This document shows, in pieces, positions 1-6,670 of a DNA stretch of 11,202 bases (the first letter of the stretch is position 1; the number at the start of each line of letters is the position of its first letter). A program made the translations under genes and the position numbers. A model generated the notes under the pieces. That model saw only the letters and a list, made by a program, of their open reading frames with translations, did not search any database and had not been told where the DNA came from. Origin of the DNA: Candidatus Firestoneibacteriota bacterium (lineage in GTDB: Bacteria > Oederibacteriota > D2-FULL-39-29 > JBDRBU01); assembly GCA_043822305.1 (NCBI GenBank), contig JBDRBU010000071.1:1-11202 (forward strand), given 5' to 3'.

Positions 1-72
1 TTTGCTAAATAATATTTTATGGTTAAGTCCTCTTACACGAAATTTCAATTTTGGATTATAATAAACATTCAT
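1..72 (-). CDS. 5' end of a probable DUF559/Vsr-like endonuclease-domain gene (partial, possibly degenerate; runs off window)
   Basis: ATG at 72 opens MNVYYNPKLKFRVRGLNHKILFSK. YNPKLKxRxRxL resembles the N-terminus of DUF559 proteins. A CCCCCTT..AAGGGGG palindrome lies directly upstream. Only 24 codons are visible. Confidence 0.45.
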   Translation of the reverse strand, partial: MNVYYNPKLKFRVRGLNHKILFSK

Positions 73-79
73 AACAACA

Positions 80-110
80 ACCCCCTTGATCCCCCTTAAC
101 AAAGGGGGAA
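80..110. repeat. Short C/G-run palindromic element (ACCCCCTTGATCCCCCTTAACAAAGGGGGAA)
   Basis: Stem TCCCCCTT (90-97) / AAGGGGGA (102-109) with a 4-nt loop, preceded by a second CCCCCTT (81-87). Confidence 0.7.
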
Positions 111-162
111 TACAATCCTCACGGCTTTCACTGACTATTTACGTAAAAATAGTGTCCCTTTT

Positions 163-642
163 TTAACTTTTTACTTCTTCATGAAGTAATTTTAAAAGAT
201 ATTCAACTTGGGCTAATTTCAGTACTTCCTCTTTTGTTGTACCAGTTTTTTTGCTTGCATTCAATTTCTGTTCTATGATTTCCTCTAAAACATCATCACT
301 TTCTGTTATTATGTTAATATATTTAACTCCAGTGAAATATTTCCTTACACCTTTCTCGTCTCTCTCAGACACTCTAATTGCCTCTGCAAAGATTTTTATG
401 GTATTATCAGAACTTGGAAAATAAATTTTCATCGTAATCTTATCCTTAACTTTTAAAGGTTCTTCTGTTATTAAAAGAGCGCCATCCCCACTCATATCTT
501 TTGTTTTTATATCATTAAATTTCTGAAAAATTTCTTTAAATTTGCCTAATTTCTCGTCTTTTAGAACTTTATATTTCACATCAAGTGAACACTGCCATCG
601 CGGGTACTTTCTCTTCTCTATTAACAGTTCTCCTCTTGTCAT
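163..642 (-). CDS. PilZ-domain protein (putative c-di-GMP receptor)
   Basis: 159 aa. RxxxR (RKYPR) and DxSxxG (DMSGDG) motifs in PilZ order, beta-rich core, C-terminal helical tail. Confidence 0.85.
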   Translation of the reverse strand: MTRGELLIEKRKYPRWQCSLDVKYKVLKDEKLGKFKEIFQKFNDIKTKDMSGDGALLITEEPLKVKDKITMKIYFPSSDNTIKIFAEAIRVSERDEKGVRKYFTGVKYINIITESDDVLEEIIEQKLNASKKTGTTKEEVLKLAQVEYLLKLLHEEVKS

Positions 643-659
643 AGATTTACTATCCTAAT

Positions 660-697
660 ATAGTTGCCCAATTCATTGGGCATAAAACCTGATGAAT
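660..697 (+). repeat. REP-like palindrome plus truncated partner
   Basis: ATAGT-TGCCCAAT(665-672)-TC-ATTGGGCA(675-682), followed by CCTGATGAAT (688-697), which looks like the start of an inverted partner. Confidence 0.6.
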
Positions 698-700
698 GGA

Positions 701-728
701 GTCGGGGTCGTCCCTGACCCCGACATAC
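701..728 (-). repeat. GC-rich REP-like hairpin
   Basis: Perfect 9-bp stem GTCGGGGTC (701-709) / GACCCCGAC (716-724) with a 6-nt loop. GTAT at its foot on the minus strand; no U-tract. Confidence 0.6.
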
Positions 729-743
729 ATTATATTTCACATC

Positions 744-2096
744 TCAAAAATTCATCTTTACTACTGTCTCTATATGATATGTATTTGGGAACATATCTAT
801 TGGTTGAATCTCATTTATTTTGTAACCTTCTTTAATTAGAACTTCAATGTCTCTGGCCAGAGTGGCTATATCACATGACACATATATTATATTACTTATA
901 TTCAATTTCTTTAAATTCAAAAGAATTTCATAACTCACACCATTTCGTGGTGGGTCCAATATTACTGTATCAATATTTAACTTTTCTTTCATTAATTTTA
1001 CTAAAATATTTTCTGCTTTTCCGCATAAAAACTTACAATTTGTAATATTATTTATTTTTGCATTATTTTTCGCATCAGAAATTGCTTCCCTTACTTCATC
1101 TAGGCCAATAACTTCTTTAAACAAATCAGCAACAAATAATGATATTGTCCCAACTCCACAATATAAATCTAAGGCTAGACTGTTCTTATCGCCTTTTATA
1201 TAACTCTTAATTAATCTATACAAAGTTAAAGTTTGTTCTGTATTGGTTTGAAAGAAAGAAAGCGGAGAAAAGTTATATTCTATCCCATCTAAAACTTCTT
1301 TTAATATACCCTCCCCATAAACTTTAACTGTTCTATCACCCAAAATTACATTTGTTTCCTCTTCATTAATATTACATAAAATTGAAATATATGGAAACTT
1401 CTGTCTAACATATTCTATAACACTTCTTACACTTTCTAAATCTTCGTTTTTTAAAACAAAAATTACAAATAAATTATCTCTTGTTTCACTTCCTCTAATC
1501 ACCAGATGCCTTAAGGTTGGTATATTAAAATTAACCTTCTCTAAAAATTTCTTTATCTCTTTATAAACATCATTTATGCTTTTTAAAATCAAATGACAGT
1601 CTTCAAGATTTATTACATAATGGCTTCTTAAAGCATAAAGCCCAATCTTCCTTTTTTGAATATCAACCGGAAATTGAGTTTTATTTCTATAATAAAAAGA
1701 TTTATTTGCCGGTATTATTGGATTTATGGTCACATCTTTCATATTAATAGTAGCCGCAGGCTTTAGCCTGCGTATTGTATTCTCAAGCAACAAGTTTTTA
1801 TATTCAAGTTGTTTTTTGTAATCAATATCCTGCCAGTGACATCCGCCACACTCTCCAAAACTAGGACATTTTGGTTTAATTCTAAACTTTGAAGGGTTTA
1901 GTACTGATAAAAGTTTTCCTCTGGCAAAATTTTTTCTAACTTCTGTAATTAAAACTTTTACTTCATCTTCCGGGACAACATATGGAATAAACACAACAAA
2001 ATTATCAATCTTGCCTATTCCATCAGGGCTATTGGCTAATGCCTCTATTTTTAATATAACATTATCTCCAACTTTTATAGGTTGACTCATCTTCAA
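744..2096 (-). CDS. rlmD: 23S rRNA (uracil-C5)-methyltransferase, RlmD/RumA family
   Basis: N-terminal TRAM domain, Fe-S motif CPSFGECGGC, YRNK, SFFQTN, SAM motif DLYCGVG, DPPR, catalytic YVSC, DMFPNTYHIE. True start may be the ATG at 2090. Confidence 0.93.
   Translation of the reverse strand: MKMSQPIKVGDNVILKIEALANSPDGIGKIDNFVVFIPYVVPEDEVKVLITEVRKNFARGKLLSVLNPSKFRIKPKCPSFGECGGCHWQDIDYKKQLEYKNLLLENTIRRLKPAATINMKDVTINPIIPANKSFYYRNKTQFPVDIQKRKIGLYALRSHYVINLEDCHLILKSINDVYKEIKKFLEKVNFNIPTLRHLVIRGSETRDNLFVIFVLKNEDLESVRSVIEYVRQKFPYISILCNINEEETNVILGDRTVKVYGEGILKEVLDGIEYNFSPLSFFQTNTEQTLTLYRLIKSYIKGDKNSLALDLYCGVGTISLFVADLFKEVIGLDEVREAISDAKNNAKINNITNCKFLCGKAENILVKLMKEKLNIDTVILDPPRNGVSYEILLNLKKLNISNIIYVSCDIATLARDIEVLIKEGYKINEIQPIDMFPNTYHIETVVKMNF
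1750..1776 (+). repeat. GTAG-family REP element inside rlmD
   Basis: GTAGCCGCAGGCTTTAGCCTGCGTATT; stem CGCAGGC/GCCTGCG; 26/27 identical to 2129-2155. Confidence 0.85.
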
Positions 2097-2128
2097 TTTT
2101 GTTTCTTTCTTTTTGTTTCTTTCTTTTT

Positions 2129-2155
2129 GTAGTCGCAGGCTTTAGCCTGCGTATT
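2129..2155 (+). repeat. GTAG-family REP element (intergenic, gatB-rlmD)
   Basis: GTAGTCGCAGGCTTTAGCCTGCGTATT, preceded by ~2.4 tandem copies of TTTTGTTTCTTTCT (2097-2130). Confidence 0.85.
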
Positions 2156-2161
2156 TATTTT

Positions 2162-3613
2162 TTACTTTATTTTCTCTTTCAGTATTTTATTCACTATCTG
2201 TGGATTAGCCAGCCCACCGGATGCCTTCATAACTTGCCCAATCAAATTTCCTATTGCTTTTTCTTTACCGCTTTTATACTCTTGGACTATTCCCGGATTA
2301 TCGCAAATAACTTTTTCTACTATTTCAGTTATAACTTTCTCATCGGTAATTTGAACTAATCCTTTTTTCTTTACTATTAACTCCGGATCTTCTCCGGTAG
2401 AGAACATCTCTTCAAATACCATTTTCGCAATCTTACTACTTATGACACCATCATCTATTAGTTTTATCAACTTCACTAATTTTCCGGGTCTAATTGGAGA
2501 TTGAGTTATCTCAATATTATTTAAATTAAGTAGTCCAGATAAATCAACCATAACAAAATTACTTATAGCCTTTGGTTTGTTGTAAAGCGAAACACATAAT
2601 TCAAAATAATCCGCAATATCTTTAAATGATGTTAATACCTTCGCATCGTATTCAGGTAAATTATACTCCTTAATAAATCTTTGTTCTCTAATTAAAGGCA
2701 ATTCTACCAGACTCTTTTTAATCTCTTCTATCATTTCTTTTGTTATATTTAAAGGCATAAGGTCGGGCTCCGGAAAATACCTGTAATCATGCGCTTCTTC
2801 CTTTGTTCTCATAGGATATGTAATACTTTCATCAGCATTCCAAAGTCTCGTTTCCTGAACCAACTTTTCACCATTTTTTAACGAATGAATCTGTCTAACT
2901 GATTCATACTCTAATGCTTTTTGAACATTCTTAAATGAATTTAGATTTTTAATCTCAATCTTTTCACCTAATTTATCTTCTCCTCTGACTCTAACTGAAA
3001 TATTAGCATCACATCTAAGTGTTCCTTTCTCCATATCACAATCAGAAACATCAATATACTGTAAAATACTTTTTAATGTCCCCAGATATTCATATGCTTC
3101 CTCTGGAGAACGGATATCCGGTTCTGAAACAATCTCAAGCAAAGGAATTCCAGTTCTATTTAAGTCTACTAAACTTTCTTCTGCCGTTCCAATTTGACCG
3201 GAAGCACTTATATGCACAAGTTTTCCCGCATCCTCTTCCAAATGTACTCTTTTTATTCTAATTCTCTTTTTAATACCATCAACTGTCCTATCAACATAAC
3301 CATTCAAAGATAAAGGCTTATCATACTGAGATATCTGATAGTTCTTTGGTAAATCCGGATAAAAATAGTTTTTTCTATCAAATTTGCTATACTCCTGAAT
3401 TTCACAGTTTAAGGCTAAGGCAGCTCTTAGAGCCAGTTCTATCGCTTTTTTATTTAAAACAGGCAAAACTCCAGGAAGCCCCAAACATACTGGACAGGTT
3501 TGAGAGTTTGGAGGAGAACCAAACTTAGTTGAACATCCGCAAAAAAGTTTTGATTCTGTCTTTAAGTGAACATGAACTTCTAAACCAATGACTATTTCAT
3601 ATTCTTCTGCCAT
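2162..3613 (-). CDS. gatB: Asp-tRNA(Asn)/Glu-tRNA(Gln) amidotransferase subunit B
   Basis: [75 protein letters not shown]-terminal YqeY-like domain. RBS AGGAGG upstream. Confidence 0.98.
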   Translation of the reverse strand: MAEEYEIVIGLEVHVHLKTESKLFCGCSTKFGSPPNSQTCPVCLGLPGVLPVLNKKAIELALRAALALNCEIQEYSKFDRKNYFYPDLPKNYQISQYDKPLSLNGYVDRTVDGIKKRIRIKRVHLEEDAGKLVHISASGQIGTAEESLVDLNRTGIPLLEIVSEPDIRSPEEAYEYLGTLKSILQYIDVSDCDMEKGTLRCDANISVRVRGEDKLGEKIEIKNLNSFKNVQKALEYESVRQIHSLKNGEKLVQETRLWNADESITYPMRTKEEAHDYRYFPEPDLMPLNITKEMIEEIKKSLVELPLIREQRFIKEYNLPEYDAKVLTSFKDIADYFELCVSLYNKPKAISNFVMVDLSGLLNLNNIEITQSPIRPGKLVKLIKLIDDGVISSKIAKMVFEEMFSTGEDPELIVKKKGLVQITDEKVITEIVEKVICDNPGIVQEYKSGKEKAIGNLIGQVMKASGGLANPQIVNKILKEKIK

Positions 3614-5175
3614 ACTTCCTCCTGTTTCAAATTAAAAACAGTAATCTCAATATTTTTGAAATAACTCAGGATATCTACTAACAAATTAAATCTACCTTCT
3701 TCATCTAAAATACCTTCTGAGAGTTTAATATGAGCAGCATCAACTATATCCTCATTAAAAGTCGGGTCCATGCCAATCCACTTTCCAACATAAACTTCTA
3801 TCCACATATGGTAATAAAACTTATCTTTCATAAGAACTAATCCACCACATACTTTAGTTGGCACTCCTACCGCTTTACACAAAGCACTGGCTAAAACAGA
3901 ATGCTCGGTACAATCACCTTCTTTCAATTCAAGTGTTTCTCTGGCAGAATTAAACCCGACACTAAAATTTTTATTCTTAACAAAATCATAAACCCAGTTT
4001 ATAATCTTTTTTGCTGCTTTAAAGGAATTCTTTTCTTCTCCAACAATTTTCTTTGCTGTTTCAATTATGCCCTTATCGCTTGACTGTTCATATAATGTTT
4101 CTTTTAAATATTTCTCATAATTTTTATCTAAGATTGGAATACTTATTGCCTGAGAATCATCAAATTTTTCTTTTTTTATAGAACATATTGCTGTCTTATC
4201 TTTTATAATATTAATACATGTTCTTTCTATATTTTCGCCAGAAAGATTTTTAGGAATTCCACTTTTAAAAAATATACTAACATTCAGACCAACTACATTT
4301 CTGGGGTCATCGACACTCCTGTTTGACTTAATAGCATATTCAGATATAATATCAACACTTCCCGAATATTCTTTTAACGCATCTTCTTTATTTGTTTTAA
4401 CCATAGTGATTCCTAATTGAGCAAATTCGGACTTTAAGGTATACCCTTTCTTATCAATATAATGAGTAGAAATAATACCTTTTAGTTCTGTCTCAACTAT
4501 AAAAAATTCTTTTCCATGACTTTCCATAGTGTAATTATAATATTTAGGAATGGTTGCATCCTTTGGCAGACCATCTTCTTTTCTTAATTCTTTCACATTT
4601 ATATTTATACTTTCAACCTTCATAGTATCTTTACTGAAAGTTTTGACTTTAAATCTGTCACCAACTTTGTACCCCTTTGTTCTTAAGTATTCATCAACAT
4701 TATCATCAAGTATAACATCTTTCTCGAAAGGTATCTCATATTCATTAGTTAAACCTGCTAATTTACTTTTGATATAAAGTTTTTTATTTTTTAATTTACC
4801 TTCAATCTCTCTATGACTTTCCCTAGTGTCCATAAAATGTTTAGGAATGGTTGCATTTTTTAGCAGACCATTTTGATTACCCATTGTTTCAATGTATTTA
4901 AAAAACAAAGGTGTTAAATCTTCTTTTAAATAGCAAGTAGAATCTGCTTTTAAATGAATATTGGCCTCAAACCGTTTCAAATTAATATCCATAAAAATAG
5001 TTTCTTTTAAACAACCTTGATTTTCATAATCAGATTTCTCAAGTCCATCATAACAGTAACCTATTTTAACATCTTCAATATAAACATTAAACCAATGAAC
5101 CAAAGGTAATTCATAACTAAATCCATTAATACAGCAAACAAAAATTATTAAAAAAATTATTGATATTTTTTTCAT
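3592..5175 (-). CDS. Exported transglutaminase-like (Cys-His-Asp) domain protein
   Basis: Signal peptide [20 protein letters not shown] from 5175 (alternative GTG start at 5187). Catalytic motifs [21 protein letters not shown]. Overlaps the gatB start by 22 bp. Confidence 0.88.
   Translation of the reverse strand: MKKISIIFLIIFVCCINGFSYELPLVHWFNVYIEDVKIGYCYDGLEKSDYENQGCLKETIFMDINLKRFEANIHLKADSTCYLKEDLTPLFFKYIETMGNQNGLLKNATIPKHFMDTRESHREIEGKLKNKKLYIKSKLAGLTNEYEIPFEKDVILDDNVDEYLRTKGYKVGDRFKVKTFSKDTMKVESININVKELRKEDGLPKDATIPKYYNYTMESHGKEFFIVETELKGIISTHYIDKKGYTLKSEFAQLGITMVKTNKEDALKEYSGSVDIISEYAIKSNRSVDDPRNVVGLNVSIFFKSGIPKNLSGENIERTCINIIKDKTAICSIKKEKFDDSQAISIPILDKNYEKYLKETLYEQSSDKGIIETAKKIVGEEKNSFKAAKKIINWVYDFVKNKNFSVGFNSARETLELKEGDCTEHSVLASALCKAVGVPTKVCGGLVLMKDKFYYHMWIEVYVGKWIGMDPTFNEDIVDAAHIKLSEGILDEEGRFNLLVDILSYFKNIEITVFNLKQEEVWQKNMK
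4516..4574. repeat. 59-bp intragenic repeat, copy 1
   Basis: 50/59 identical, ungapped, to 4813-4871. Encodes [19 protein letters not shown]. Confidence 0.9.
4813..4871. repeat. 59-bp intragenic repeat, copy 2
   Basis: Encodes [19 protein letters not shown]; 297 bp (99 codons) from copy 1, same frame. Confidence 0.9.
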
Positions 5176-5208
5176 TCCTTTTTTCACTTTCTTTACTTTA
5201 TTTGCTCG

Positions 5209-5247
5209 TGTCATTGCGAGGTCGCCTGAGGCGACCATGGCCATCTC
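5209..5247 (+). repeat. GTCATTGCGAG-type palindromic element
   Basis: TGTCATTGCGA-GGTCGCC-TGA-GGCGACC-ATGGCCATCTC with a 7-bp perfect stem. Lies within a 71-bp segment flanked by the 13-bp direct repeat CTTTCTTTACTTT (5187-5199, 5271-5283). Confidence 0.75.
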
Positions 5248-5306
5248 GTAGTTAACGGATTTCAGTGAACCTTTCTTTACTTTCTTTTCTTTTTTTACTA
5301 TTTTTA

Positions 5307-5382
5307 TGGAGCTGACGGTCGGATTTGAACCGACGACCTGCTGATTACGAATCAGCTGCTCTACCAACTGAGCTACATCAGC
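5307..5382 (-). tRNA. tRNA-Thr (anticodon CGT), 76 nt, encoded CCA
   Basis: GCTGATGTAGCTCAGTTGGTAGAGCAGCTGATTCGTAATCAGCAGGTCGTCGGTTCAAATCCGACCGTCAGCTCCA folds into a full cloverleaf: acceptor GCTGATG/CGTCAGC, anticodon stem GCTGA/TCAGC, T-loop TTCAAAT. Confidence 0.98.
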
Positions 5383-5393
5383 GTCTGATTAGT

Positions 5394-5422
5394 ATTGTAA
5401 CAAATTTAAAGCGTTTTATCAA
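5394..5422 (-). promoter_or_regulatory. sigma70-type promoter for the intact tRNA-Thr
   Basis: TTGATA (5422-5417), 17-bp spacer, TACAAT (5399-5394), with extended -10 TG. Confidence 0.8.
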
Positions 5423-5465
5423 TTTAATATCTAAACTATAAGCTAAAAATTGCCTTTAAGTTAAC

Positions 5466-5476
5466 CTGTCCAAATT
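5466..5476 (+). repeat. Arm-site-like motif near the left island end
   Basis: CTGTCCAAATT, 10/11 match to the tandem unit CTGTCCGAATT at 9178-9199. Confidence 0.5.
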
Positions 5477-5758
5477 TTATTTAAAAATTGACTGGGTTCA
5501 AAAACATATAAATCTGGCATTTTTCATTGTAATATAAAGACTTCACAATAAAAATAATAGAACAGATATTCCATTCAATTGAAAAAAATCAGATACTCTA
5601 ATTACATGAACTAACAGTGTATGTTTTTAACTTGCAAAAACAAGCTAAATATTAGTAATTGGATTAACTCATTGACTATCTGATTTAAAGTTAGGGGTTT
5701 TAAAAGATTTTTCTGACTTACTATTAAGAATTCATCCATAATTTATCTGTTCTAAAAA

Positions 5759-6037
5759 TTAAAAATTCGGGAATGGTATTTTAATAGAATCATTAATCTT
5801 TATTTCTGAATCAATAATATCTATTTTTTCCACATCACTAATTTCCTTAGAAAATATTCGTTTCAAATAGAAATTGTTTAGATTAATAATGGCTATTCCC
5901 TCTCCTCTTGTACCAATAATTAAATAGGGTCTTTTTATCTTTAATACAGTAGTCCAACTATACATATCTTTTGGATGGAATAGCGGTAACAGAGTACAGT
6001 AACCTTCTTTTTCATTTTCTTTTTCATATTCTCCACT
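5759..6037 (-). pseudogene. 5'-truncated gene fragment, beta-propeller-like C-terminus
   Basis: The frame stays open 24 codons upstream of the ATG at 5965, back to a TAA at 6038-6040. YLIIGTRGEGIAIINL resembles a propeller blade. GGAG (6031-6034) plus ATG (6027) is in a different frame. Confidence 0.45.
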
Positions 6038-6049
6038 TTAGTGCTTCAG

Positions 6050-6586
6050 TTACAAAATTAGTATACTATCAATTATTGCTTTATCTGCATATTTCGTGTA
6101 ATTATTACTATTTATATTTCCATAAATATTATTACTACTACATGAAATCCCAAAACTCATTTTTCCTTGTTTCTTAAAAATAGCAACAATACCTTCACCG
6201 TATACTATTTCTGGTACTCCATATACTTTTACTGCCTCTGCAAGTGTCGAACCTACGTGAATACCTTCTTTAGTCTTACATCTTGGACTTATTACTGTTA
6301 TCCTGTATATTTTTCCTTTGTCTTCTTCTAAATAAAATAATTTTTCACCTTTTTTTTCTTTAACAAATAAAATCGGGCATTTTTCCCCTTCAAGTTCTAT
6401 GGTGCTTTTTTCACAAATAAACCGTTTGGAAAGTATCTTTTCAGCTTCTTTTATATCTTTTCCTACCTTCACCCCTTCAATTGATGAATCACCAGGAATA
6501 ATATATTCTTTTTTGTCTGTATCGAAAGATTCGGTATTGCAACCGATAATGAACAATAGCACTAAAATCAATTTTATCTTGTTCAT
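6050..6586 (-). CDS. Lipoprotein of unknown function
   Basis: 178 aa. Signal peptide with lipobox-like IIGC. Two related motifs, IEGVKVG and KEGIHVG. GAGGA RBS upstream. Confidence 0.8.
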   Translation of the reverse strand: MNKIKLILVLLFIIGCNTESFDTDKKEYIIPGDSSIEGVKVGKDIKEAEKILSKRFICEKSTIELEGEKCPILFVKEKKGEKLFYLEEDKGKIYRITVISPRCKTKEGIHVGSTLAEAVKVYGVPEIVYGEGIVAIFKKQGKMSFGISCSSNNIYGNINSNNYTKYADKAIIDSILIL

Positions 6587-6602
6587 CTTTCATCCTCTTT
6601 AA

Positions 6603-6664
6603 ATCATACTATATTAATAGTTTTGTTAAAGAAAAAACAGAGTAAAAATGTCCGAATTCTGTCC
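6603..6664 (-). promoter_or_regulatory. Promoter-like block plus TGTCCGAATTCTGTCC repeat upstream of the 178-aa gene
   Basis: 6603-6630 is 22/28 identical to 9144-9171 (minus strand TTTAACAAA...TATGAT). 6649-6664 is identical to 9179-9194. Confidence 0.7.
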
Positions 6665-6670
6665 ATAGTT

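Noticed and set aside
701..724. Rho-independent terminator after rlmD
   Set aside because: Strong stem but no U-tract on either strand; treated as a repeat element.
5176..5367. N-terminal 64-aa extension of the 591-aa ORF
   Set aside because: It is read-through of the tRNA-Thr gene and a palindromic repeat; the signal peptide begins at 5175.
5423..5758. Integrase remnant or small ORF at the left island end
   Set aside because: The minus-strand frame I translated gave only a 42-codon ORF without recombinase motifs, and the ORF track lists nothing here.
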